From an uncultured Bacilli bacterium (GTDB taxonomy: Bacteria; Bacillota_I; Bacilli_A; RF39; UBA660), in contig CAKPNA010000002.1 in assembly GCA_934168275.1 (NCBI GenBank), forward strand, positions 46,779 through 110,778: 64,000 nucleotides of DNA, in the 5' to 3' direction. The notes under the pieces are model-generated. The model saw only the letters and a program-made list of their open reading frames with translations, made no database searches and had not been told where the DNA came from. Positions 28,021 through 37,700 of the stretch are shown here, piece by piece. Position 1 is the first letter of the stretch. Each line of letters begins with the position of its first letter. Made by a program: the position numbers and the translations under genes.

Positions 28021-29289
28021 TTATATTTCATTATTTTTACTTTTATAGTAAGTAAATGTTCCTAATCCCATAGCTACCATGCCAATTATAACTATTACTA
28101 AAGGTGTTTTAGTAGCAGTACTTGGGTTGGTGTTGGTGTTGGAACCATTACCACTTGCATTTCCATTACCGGCACCACCATTTCCTCCGTTGCCATCGTT
28201 ACCGCTAGAGCCACCACTGCTTGGATTTGATGGATTGCCTCCACTGCTTCCGCCGGAACTGCTTGGATTTGATGGATTGCCTCCACCGCTTCCACTTGCT
28301 TTACAGTCACTTTCTTGATATGATCCTGGTTCTGAATATGGCCTGTCATCTGGACATTTTACTCCGCCATCCCTAACCAAACTAGAAGCCAAGAAATTTC
28401 CTCCTGGACACCATGAACCTGATGGGCATTTCGTGCATGTTTTGCCATCTCCTGTGTAAAACCATCCTTTATCGCAATGTACATAGTTTGTGTCTGAACC
28501 TGGTGAGTTTGCTTTACAAACTCTTCCACCGGAACTACTGCCACTATCAATGCACGTTCCATCTTTACCATCTGATGTGGTACAAGTTTCTCCTTTATTT
28601 TTATTTGTACAGGCACTATCACTTCCTGAACTTTGTACACAATCAGCTTTTGATGTCTTGCCCGTTCCGTTTGTTGTATATCCTGGGTCGCATGTTTTTG
28701 GACCGCTTACACCCGCTGGGCAATATGAACCGGCTGGACAAGTTTTTCTTCCACTTCCATTGATATCACCTTTAGCATGGCTATACGTTCCACTTGGGCA
28801 ATAAAATCCTGCTGTACATGGTAAACAGCCGGTATTACCATCATAATAAGTACCACCAGCACATGTTGTTGAGGTAGGAGTTGGTCCTGTATCAACACAT
28901 TCTCCAGTACTGTTAGGCGTTCCACTTGTACATGTACATGTTTCTTTTATTGTCCTTGTACATGTGTTTTTTGTACAACCCGCGATATAATTAGCATTTC
29001 TATCTACACATGCACCTGCACCTGTACATTTATAATCACTCGATAGTGAACTGCATGAAGTTGAAATCCCAGAAGACGATACATTAGAACCAGCTACACA
29101 TGTAACTGATTCTGTCACTGTACAAGTATTTCCAGTTCGTTCTCCCTTCTCGCATGTGCAGAAAGTAGTTTGAGTTGCATATGTATCCCCTGATCCAATA
29201 CCTACCATAGTAAGTAAAGCTACTATTATAAGTACTGAGCCTAATGAAGTACCAAGTATACCCCATTGTTTTTGATTTAGTTTTTTCAT
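28021..29289 (-). CDS. Cysteine-rich repetitive surface protein with GCC2_GCC3/ephrin-receptor-like (VSP-like) Cys repeats and a C-terminal TM anchor
   Basis: Signal peptide 'MKKLNQKQWGILGTSLGSVLIIVALLTMVGIGSG'. More than 50 Cys residues in CxxC/CPxGxYC patterns ('CLPCTAGFYCPSGTY', 'CPAGSYCPAG', 'CPSGSWCPGG'). A Gly/Ser/Asn/Pro tail with a duplicated 'SGGNPSNPSS' unit. A C-terminal hydrophobic helix plus a basic tail 'YYKSKNNEI'. Locally GC-enriched, which produces many spurious overlapping ORFs on both strands. Confidence 0.6.
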   Translation of the reverse strand: MKKLNQKQWGILGTSLGSVLIIVALLTMVGIGSGDTYATQTTFCTCEKGERTGNTCTVTESVTCVAGSNVSSSGISTSCSSLSSDYKCTGAGACVDRNANYIAGCTKNTCTRTIKETCTCTSGTPNSTGECVDTGPTPTSTTCAGGTYYDGNTGCLPCTAGFYCPSGTYSHAKGDINGSGRKTCPAGSYCPAGVSGPKTCDPGYTTNGTGKTSKADCVQSSGSDSACTNKNKGETCTTSDGKDGTCIDSGSSSGGRVCKANSPGSDTNYVHCDKGWFYTGDGKTCTKCPSGSWCPGGNFLASSLVRDGGVKCPDDRPYSEPGSYQESDCKASGSGGGNPSNPSSSGGSSGGNPSNPSSGGSSGNDGNGGNGGAGNGNASGNGSNTNTNPSTATKTPLVIVIIGMVAMGLGTFTYYKSKNNEI

Positions 29290-29358
29290 AACTTCTTAAT
29301 CTCCTTTGTAGTTTATTTTTACAATTAAATAATATCATATATTTTTATAATTGTCTAG

Positions 29359-30180
29359 TTATTTTTGACAATTGGGGCAATAATATGTTCCTCTACCATT
29401 TATCTTATCTTTTATTATTTTAGTATTACATATTGGACATATTCCGTTATCTTTACCATGAACTAATAGTTCTTTTTGGAATAAGCCATGTACTCCATCT
29501 ACTGAGGTATATGTTTTAATAGTGGTACCACCTTTTTTGATGGCTTCTTCTAAGATTAGTTTAGTATTAACTATAATATTATCTAACTCTTGGTTAGATA
29601 ATTCATTGCATTTCTTATGGGGATTTATTTTAGATAAAAATAATATTTCGTCAGCATAGATATTACCTATTCCAACAATTATACTTTGATCTAATAATAT
29701 AGTTTTTATTGGTAATTTTTTATTTTTATATTTATCTTTTAAGTAATTAATAGTTAATTCTTTATCCCATGGTTCTTTTCCTAATTCATTTAGGGGTGGG
29801 ATATCATTTATTTTATCTTTTTCTATTAGATACATTTTACCAAATTTTCTAGTATCATGATATCTTAATTCGATATTATTATCTAAAGTAAACACGACGT
29901 GTTCATGTTTAGATAATATATCGTTACTTGTTTTAAAGAAATATTTTCCTTCCATTCTTAAGTGAGATAATAAGTAATATTTATTTAATTCAAATACTAT
30001 AAATTTACCTCTTCTTGTGATATCTAATATTTCTTGATTAGTAATATTAGATATAAATTTATCTACTTCAGGATAAGCAATTATATTGTTATGATATATT
30101 TTTACTTTAGTTATTTTTCTATGTAATAATCTTGGTTTTAATGATTCTTTTACGGTTTCTACTTCTGGTAATTCTGGCAT
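29359..30180 (-). CDS. mutM: Formamidopyrimidine-DNA glycosylase
   Basis: N-terminal 'MPELPEVETV' catalytic Pro2/Glu3, C-terminal zinc finger 'CPICNTK...YYCPNCQ'. Lies downstream of polA, as in Bacillus. Confidence 0.85.
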   Translation of the reverse strand: MPELPEVETVKESLKPRLLHRKITKVKIYHNNIIAYPEVDKFISNITNQEILDITRRGKFIVFELNKYYLLSHLRMEGKYFFKTSNDILSKHEHVVFTLDNNIELRYHDTRKFGKMYLIEKDKINDIPPLNELGKEPWDKELTINYLKDKYKNKKLPIKTILLDQSIIVGIGNIYADEILFLSKINPHKKCNELSNQELDNIIVNTKLILEEAIKKGGTTIKTYTSVDGVHGLFQKELLVHGKDNGICPICNTKIIKDKINGRGTYYCPNCQK

Positions 30181-30190
30181 ATTCTATCAC

Positions 30191-32788
30191 CTACTTTGCT
30201 TCATACCAATTATTTCCAGTATTAATACTTACTTTTAATGGAACACTTAATTTATAAGTATTCTCCATAGTATCTTTTACTATTTCTTTTACTTTATCTA
30301 TTTCATCATTATAGACATTAAATATTAATTCATCGTGTACTTGTAATAACATTTTACTTTTAATATTTTCTTTAGTAAATATATTATCTATTTCTATCAT
30401 GGCCTTCTTTAATATATCAGCACTTGTTCCTTGAATAGGAGTATTTAAAGCCATTCTTTCTCCCATACTTTTAATATTATGGTTAGTATTTTTTAATTCT
30501 TCAATATTTCTTCTTCTATTCATTAGAGTAATACTATATCCTTTTAGATAAGCATCATCTATTAACTTTTGCATATAATCTTTTATTCCTGGATATGTTT
30601 CAAAGTATTTATCCATAAACTTTTTAGCTTCACTTGGAGATATTTTCAAATCTTCAGATAATCCATAACTACTAATACCATATAATATTCCAAAATTAAC
30701 AGCTTTAGCTTGTCTTCTCATAAGGGGTGTTATATCATTCATATCAACATTAAATATATCCATAGCAGTCTTAGTATGTATATCTAAATTATTATTAAAA
30801 GCATCAACTAATTCTTTAACATTTGATAAGTGAGCAAATACTCTAAGTTCTATTTGTGAATAATCAGATGATAATATAATACTATTTTCTTCAGGAACAA
30901 AAGCTTTTCTTATTAATCTTCCATATTCATTTCTAGCTGGAATATTTTGTAAATTAGGTTCAATACTGGATAGTCTTCCAGTTCTAGTTAAAGCTTGAGT
31001 ATAGATAGTATGAATTTTACCATCAGAAGATATTGAATTTAAAATACCTTCTAGATATGTTGAATATAATTTAGTTAACATACGATACTCTAATATTTTA
31101 GCAACTATTTCATAGTTAGTTAATCTACCTAAAACATTAGCATCAGTTACATAACCAGTTTTATTCTTTTTAGCATATGGTAGTTTTAATTTATCAAAAA
31201 GTATTTCTCCTAGTTGTTTGGGAGAGGCAATATTAAATTCTTCTCCTGCTAAAGTATAGATATCTTTTTCTACTTCTTCTATTTTTATTCTTATATCTTT
31301 TTTCATATCTTCTAATATTTTAGCATCTACTCTAATACCCTCTATCTCCATCTTAGCAAGTACTTTTATTAGTGGAAACTCTATATTACTATATAAATCA
31401 TAAACTTCTTCTTCTTTTAATTTTTTATCTAATTCAGGATATGATTCATATATAAATTTAGCTCTTAATATACTATTTCTAGCAAATTCTATATCAGTTA
31501 ATTCTTTCTTTTTATTATAAAACTCTATATCATAAGATAAATCATTAGCAAGAGTTGCTATATCATCTTTAATAGTATAGTTTAATAAATAAGCTGCTAT
31601 CATTGTATCAAAAGTTATATCTTTAATATCTAGGTTATATTTATTAAAACTTACTAATATTTTTTTATAATCATAAGTATATTTAATACCACTTGTTAAA
31701 AAGTTAGGTTGTTGTTTTAATACTTCGTAAGGAATATATGCAGATACTTCTTCATTATATAAAGACAATCCAATAATATTAGCATGATGATAATTAGTAT
31801 TATCTAGTTCTAAATATATTCCTAATGGGTTAGTAATAGATATATTATTTATATCTTCAATACTATCTATTATATTTACTTTTAATTCTTTATTACTATT
31901 TTCTTTAGTAATACTTTCTTTCTTTAATAGAGAATAAAATCCTAAGTCATTATAGATATTTATTAATTCATTCGTATGTTCTTTTTTATATACTAAGTCA
32001 TTAAAGGTAATATCTAGTGGTACTTCACGATAAATAGTTACTAAGTCTTTACTATAATAAGCTGATTCATGGCCTTCGATTAATTTAGTTTGAGTAGCTC
32101 CTTTAATATTATTAATATTATCATATATATTATCTAGTGTCTTATATTCACTTACTAATTTAATAGCACCTTTTTCACCAATACCTTTAACTCCAGGTAT
32201 ATTATCAGATGAATCACCCATTAAGGCTTTTAAATCAATCATATGGATTGGATCAAAACCATAAGTATCAATAAATGTTTTTTTATTCATCCATATATAA
32301 TCTTTAGTTTTAAGTAATTTTACAGTAGTTTCATCACTAATTAGTTGTAATAAATCTTTATCACTACTTACTATTAGTGCTTCATAATCATCATCTTTTT
32401 CACACCACATAGATATTGTACCAATAATGTCATCCGCTTCATAACCATCACATTCTAGGTATTTAATTCCCATAGCGGTAAGTATCTTCTTAGCAACGGG
32501 AAATTGTATTTTTAAGTCTTCTGGAGTAGCATTTCTTCCCCCTTTATAGTCAGCATACTTTTCATGTCTAAATGTTTTGCCTATATCGAATGCTACCATC
32601 ATATATTCAGGTTTTTCTTCTGCTATTATTTTATTAATCATATTTACAAAGCCATAAACACCATTAGTGGGAAATCCATCTTTATTGCGCATAATATTTC
32701 CTGAGTATGCTGTTGCATAATAACTTCTAAATAGTAGATTATTACCATCTACTAAAACTATTTTCTTCATATCAATTCTCCTATCCAT
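30191..32788 (-). CDS. polA: DNA polymerase I
   Basis: 865 aa. N-terminal 5'-3' exonuclease ('VLVDGNNLLFRSYYA', 'SSDKDLLQL'). C-terminal polymerase motifs ('DYSQIELR', 'RRQAKAVNFGILYG', 'LQVHDEL'). Confidence 0.9.
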   Translation of the reverse strand: MDRRIDMKKIVLVDGNNLLFRSYYATAYSGNIMRNKDGFPTNGVYGFVNMINKIIAEEKPEYMMVAFDIGKTFRHEKYADYKGGRNATPEDLKIQFPVAKKILTAMGIKYLECDGYEADDIIGTISMWCEKDDDYEALIVSSDKDLLQLISDETTVKLLKTKDYIWMNKKTFIDTYGFDPIHMIDLKALMGDSSDNIPGVKGIGEKGAIKLVSEYKTLDNIYDNINNIKGATQTKLIEGHESAYYSKDLVTIYREVPLDITFNDLVYKKEHTNELINIYNDLGFYSLLKKESITKENSNKELKVNIIDSIEDINNISITNPLGIYLELDNTNYHHANIIGLSLYNEEVSAYIPYEVLKQQPNFLTSGIKYTYDYKKILVSFNKYNLDIKDITFDTMIAAYLLNYTIKDDIATLANDLSYDIEFYNKKKELTDIEFARNSILRAKFIYESYPELDKKLKEEEVYDLYSNIEFPLIKVLAKMEIEGIRVDAKILEDMKKDIRIKIEEVEKDIYTLAGEEFNIASPKQLGEILFDKLKLPYAKKNKTGYVTDANVLGRLTNYEIVAKILEYRMLTKLYSTYLEGILNSISSDGKIHTIYTQALTRTGRLSSIEPNLQNIPARNEYGRLIRKAFVPEENSIILSSDYSQIELRVFAHLSNVKELVDAFNNNLDIHTKTAMDIFNVDMNDITPLMRRQAKAVNFGILYGISSYGLSEDLKISPSEAKKFMDKYFETYPGIKDYMQKLIDDAYLKGYSITLMNRRRNIEELKNTNHNIKSMGERMALNTPIQGTSADILKKAMIEIDNIFTKENIKSKMLLQVHDELIFNVYNDEIDKVKEIVKDTMENTYKLSVPLKVSINTGNNWYEAK

Positions 32789-33071
32789 AATATCTTTTTA
32801 AATATATATTTTTATTATTAGTAATTAGTATTACTAAGTCTTCATCGGTTATTTCTTCTATTACTTTTCCATACATACTATCTAGTACTCCCAAACTAAT
32901 AATACTATGATTTATTTTAGATAATAATTTTTCTTGCATATATAAATAATCATTTACTTTAACTTTATTGTCTATATCATAAAAATAAATAGTTAGTTCA
33001 TAAACATTATTATTTATATCTTCTAGTACATAAAGAGAGTTATTTATTTCTTTTATTTTTAATCTAATCAT
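32781..33071 (-). CDS. Small hypothetical protein (96 aa) between the LRR gene and polA
   Basis: Overlaps the LRR gene by 4 nt and polA by 8 nt, which suggests translational coupling. No recognisable motif. Confidence 0.4.
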   Translation of the reverse strand: MIRLKIKEINNSLYVLEDINNNVYELTIYFYDIDNKVKVNDYLYMQEKLLSKINHSIISLGVLDSMYGKVIEEITDEDLVILITNNKNIYLKRYYG

Positions 33072-34474
33072 CTTATCTTACTCCTAGTAGAATCTTCTAA
33101 TAATATATTTAAATAATTATTTTCAAAATCAAATATTGGAATATCTAATTCTTCTACACTACTATTTACATATAAGAAACCATTACCTACATAATGTAAG
33201 TTAGGAATACTTATACCTTTTAGTGAATCGTTTAAATACATAAAGGCACTACCTATTCTAGTGACATTAGGTAAGTTTATTTCTTTCATACTTTTATTAT
33301 GATATAGAAAAGCATTACCTATTGTTTGTAATTGAGGGGACTCTAAATCTATTAAAGTTTCATTTTTAAATAAAACATTAGTACCTATATTACGAGCATT
33401 TTTTATTTTAAGAGATTCTAAGCTATTATCATGTAATAAATAATTACTAGGTACATTAGTTATATTACTATCTTCAAGAGATATTAATTTATTGTCTTTA
33501 TCTAGAAGTAAGATGATATCTTGGCCCTCTACTAAGGAGATTACTACTCTTTTACCATCATTAGTATTAGTTATAACAATATTCTTTATAGGGGGTATTG
33601 TACTAGGAAATGTATCTCTTGTATTTTCATCATAGAGACTAATAGTTTTATTAACTAAGTCAATAATGAAATAATCAGTTATTAAATATTTTTCTTTAGG
33701 ATACTTTTTTACTTCAAAATTATCTATTATTATATTATCTGGGCAATAGTATATGTTATTTAATTCATAGTTATATTTATATAGTCTACCATCACTAGCT
33801 AGAACATAGTTTGGAATATCAAAGAAACTACTTTGATATTTTTGTTTTAATCCATAATACTTTTCAAAAGATAGTGTTAAGCCAGGGATAATATTATCTA
33901 GATTATTAGAGAATGCAGCATCAGGATTAGATACAGTATGGTTATATCTATTCTTTATTGATAGCATATGAGTAGGATCTCTAGTAAACTGAATACTTAT
34001 TACTGAAGTACCATATTCATCTTGTCTTTTAGGATTTATAAAGTCTTCACGTTTTAGACTATCAGCATTATCTTTAACGGCAAAGAAGACATAACAATCA
34101 TTTAATCTATTAGTACGAAAGGTACATAGTCTTTCTTTTGGTTGATAATACTTAGTAAATGTTTGGATTTCTTCTTCAGTATGGCATTCATATAATGTAT
34201 AATGAGCTTGTCTTAGTAATTCTTGGGGTGTTTTATCGACACTTTGTTTCTTGGTGCTAATACTTTGGGTTCTTAAGATATAATTTCTAAACTCAGTAAT
34301 TAGGTTATTACTTATTATATCCTGACATAAACTTTTATTGGGATAGAAACTTTGTAATAAGATAGTGCTTAGTTCATTATTACCCTTCTCTAAGATAGTG
34401 GGAAATAGTTTACGACATAGATGCATCATGTCTTCACCAAATTTCTTCTTTATTATTTTTAAATCTTCGTTCAT
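33068..34474 (-). CDS. Leucine-rich repeat protein (BspA-type LRRs), no signal peptide
   Basis: The C-terminal third contains about 22-aa repeats of the form 'L..I.LPNVT.IG..AF..N.SLK.I.IP'. The N-terminus is hydrophilic with no secretion signal. Confidence 0.65.
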   Translation of the reverse strand: MNEDLKIIKKKFGEDMMHLCRKLFPTILEKGNNELSTILLQSFYPNKSLCQDIISNNLITEFRNYILRTQSISTKKQSVDKTPQELLRQAHYTLYECHTEEEIQTFTKYYQPKERLCTFRTNRLNDCYVFFAVKDNADSLKREDFINPKRQDEYGTSVISIQFTRDPTHMLSIKNRYNHTVSNPDAAFSNNLDNIIPGLTLSFEKYYGLKQKYQSSFFDIPNYVLASDGRLYKYNYELNNIYYCPDNIIIDNFEVKKYPKEKYLITDYFIIDLVNKTISLYDENTRDTFPSTIPPIKNIVITNTNDGKRVVISLVEGQDIILLLDKDNKLISLEDSNITNVPSNYLLHDNSLESLKIKNARNIGTNVLFKNETLIDLESPQLQTIGNAFLYHNKSMKEINLPNVTRIGSAFMYLNDSLKGISIPNLHYVGNGFLYVNSSVEELDIPIFDFENNYLNILLEDSTRSKIR

Positions 34475-34576
34475 TATATCACAGCCTTATTTATATAATA
34501 TATTTTACCAAATTTATGGCGAAAAGTCTTTAGTTTTATTAAAAAAGATAATTATTACTTATTTGTTTAATAGTAA

Positions 34577-34640
34577 GTTTTGGAAAAATATTTCCAAAAC
34601 TTGGTATATTATTGTACTTTTGGAAATATTTTTCCAAAAG
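34577..34640. promoter_or_regulatory. Twin 24-bp palindromes (GTTTTGGAAAAATATTTCCAAAAC and CTTTTGGAAATATTTTTCCAAAAG) 16 bp apart, upstream of the LRR-96aa-polA genes
   Basis: Both are perfect 10-bp inverted repeats TTTTGGAAA/TTTCCAAAA with 4-5 nt centres. They lie about 100-165 bp upstream of the LRR start and about 100 bp downstream of polC. Confidence 0.5.
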
Positions 34641-34737
34641 TATTTTATTTATGGCATCTCATGATTACTCTATTCCAAAAAAAGTCTACTTTGCAGTTTT
34701 TTAGGAATAGAAAAAATGCACTTTGAAAATGCATTTC

Positions 34738-37700
34738 TTAAAATAAACTTAATTGACTTGTCTCAGGCATGCCTTCAAATATTCCCATAATTCGCATTTT
34801 ATCGATTAGTGTTTGTGATACTTTACATCTATTTTGAAAGTCTTCAATACTAATAAATGGGTGTTTTTTAGCTTCTACTTCAATATTTTTGGCAACTACT
34901 TCGCCAAGTCCATCAATGGTTCTGAAAGGTGGGATTAATGTCATACCATCAGTATCAACATCAAATAATAAGCCTTTACTTTTATATAGATTAAATGGTG
35001 CTACTTTTACTCCTCTAGCGGTAGCTTCAAGGGCAACGTGTAAACTTTCTGACATACCGTTTTCTTTATTGGTAGCGTCAAATCCTTTACCTTCTATTTC
35101 AATAATTTTATCTTTTATAGCGTCATAGCCTTTTATCATTGCTTCAATATCAAAATCAGTAGCTTTTGTTGATAGCCAACTAGCATAGAAGTATGCAGGC
35201 ATATGAACTTTGTACCAAGCTATTCTAAAGGCACTGATAACATAAGCAGCAGCATGGGCTTTAGGGAACATGTACTTAATCTTTTCACACGAATCAATAA
35301 ACCATTCCTCAATACCAGCTTCCTGCATTGTTTTCTTGTGTTCTTCCCAAGTAACTTTATCTTTAGAGGCTTTACCTTTTCTAACAAACTCCATTATTTT
35401 GAAGGCTTTAATTGGTTTAACTCCATGATACATTAAGTAAACCATGATATCATCACGACAACCAATTACTTCTTTGAATGGAACAATGTTATTTTTAATT
35501 AAATCTTGAGCATTACCTAACCATACATCAGTACCGTGAGATAATCCCGATATTTTTATTAATTCGGCAAAGGTTGTTGGTTTTGTTTCGGCAACCATAC
35601 TGATAGTAAATGGTGTTCCAAACTCAGGTATTCCAAGTGTTCCTGTTTCACACATTATTTGTTCATTAGTAACTCCTAGGGCTTTAGTAGAGGTAAATAT
35701 ACTCATTGTATCTTTATCATCTAGCGGAACTTTTAGGATATCTGTTTTAGTTAAGTCTTGAATCATACGCAATTGAGTTGGATCAGAGTGTCCAAGAATA
35801 TCTAGTTTTAATAAGTCTTGGTCAATAGCGTGGTAATCAAAGTGGGTTGTACGCCATGGTGATGTTGGATCTTCGGCCGGAAATTGGAATGGTGTAAAGT
35901 CAGATACATCCATGTAATCAGGTACAACAACAATACCTCCGGGATGCTGACCGGTTGTTCTTTTAACGCCGGTACATCCCATTGCTAATCTTTCTATTTC
36001 ACAGTTTCTTTTACCCATTATTCCTTTATCTTCAAAATAACCACGGACATAACCAAAAGCTGTTTTCTCCGCTACAGTACCAATTGTTCCGGCACGATAA
36101 ACGTTATCTACCCCAAACAATACTTTAGTATATTCATGAGCTGAGGCTTGGTTTAAATCAGAGAAGTTTAAGTCGATATCCGGAACTTTATCAGCATTAA
36201 ATCCTAAGAAGGTAGCAAACGGCATATCTTGACCATCTTTTATTAATGGAATATGACAATTAGGGCATTCTTTATCCGGTAAGTCAAATCCTGAAGAATA
36301 TGTAGCACCTAATGAATTACCTTTTTCATCATCAAAGATACTAAGTTTGCACTGAGAACAACGGTAATGAGCCGGTAATGGATTTACTTCAGTAATACCC
36401 ATCATTGTGGCAACGAAACTACTACCAACACTACCACGAGAACCTACTAAAAAGCCATCATCATTAGAGTGTTTAACTAGTCTTTGAGCAATTAAGTAGA
36501 TAGGATCGAATCCTCCCCCGATAATACCTCCTAACTCTTTTTTAAGTTTTTTCTCTAACTTAGTATCATCTAATTCACCATCTTCTTCAGTATTCCAATT
36601 ATCTTTTAAGTAATCTTTTAATAAAGTTTTTACAGAATTAAAGCCATCAATTAGTGTTTTATGTAAGTTAGCATATATTTCTTTAGTTTTTTCTTCTTCT
36701 GATAAATCAGGATTATTTTTTTCAATAATACTAGTCCAACATTTATAAACTATATCACCATATAATTCTGTAGCTATTCTACTTTCAATATTATATGGAA
36801 GATTATCACCATACCAGTCTTTGGCCTTGTTATAAACTAGGTCTGTAACTACTCGTGGGCAGTCTAGATAACTCTTACCATCATCACTTTTTACTCGTGG
36901 AGAGAATGGAATACCCCCGGTATCAATTATAACTTCAATAAAGTCAGCCATATCTAATATTTTATTAGTATTTTCAACGACTATTTTATAAGCTAAATCT
37001 TTATCTAAGAAATCAAAGTCTTGAAGCATTTCTTCAGTAGTTCTAAAGTGCTGTGAAGGTATTCCTGTGATACTACTTTTAGCAAGCGGATGTCGACCAC
37101 CACCAGGTACTTTTTGGTTAACAATTATTTCACGATATATTTTATCTTCACGATAGAAATGATGTACGTCACCGGTTGCCACAATAATTTTTCCGGCATT
37201 AATAGTGGCTTCTATTACTTTTTTAATATGTTCTTTTACTTCATATTCATTTTTAAAATCACTTGTTTGAATTAAATGGCCATATACTTCAGGTGGTTGA
37301 ACCTCAACATAGTCATAGAAGTTAATTATATTAGTTAACTCTTCACCTTCTTTACTACGCGCTAGGATAAATACTTCTGATTCATAACAACCACTACCAA
37401 TCAGTAAGCCTTCTCTTAACTCATTTAGTTTACTTCTTAATATTCTTGGTGTTTTATATAAGTATGTAGTATTAGCTAGAGATATTATTTTAAATAAGTT
37501 TTTTAAACCTGTTTTATTTAGAGCAATAGCATTAAAGTGATAAGTATTACCAAATTTGTGAATTTCATCTTTAGGTATTAATTTTTCTAAATCTTCAACA
37601 GTATTGTAGTTTTGATCCATTAGTTTTTGAGTCATTTTATAAAAAACGTAAGCAGTTCCTTCGGCATCATAATCTGCTCTATGGTGAGCATCTTCATCCC

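Noticed and set aside
28079-29338. Multiple overlapping ORFs on both strands within the Cys-rich gene region (28079..28318, 28098..28349, 28359..28640, 28413..28763, 28490..28804, 28707..28925, 29084..29338).
   Set aside because: These are artefacts of the locally GC-rich, repeat-containing sequence. Only the 28021..29289 minus frame has a signal peptide, a coherent Cys-repeat architecture and a terminator.
34365-34664. 99-aa plus-strand ORF in the polC/LRR intergenic region.
   Set aside because: No Shine-Dalgarno. It spans the twin palindromes and the AT-rich promoter region, and is more plausibly non-coding regulatory DNA.
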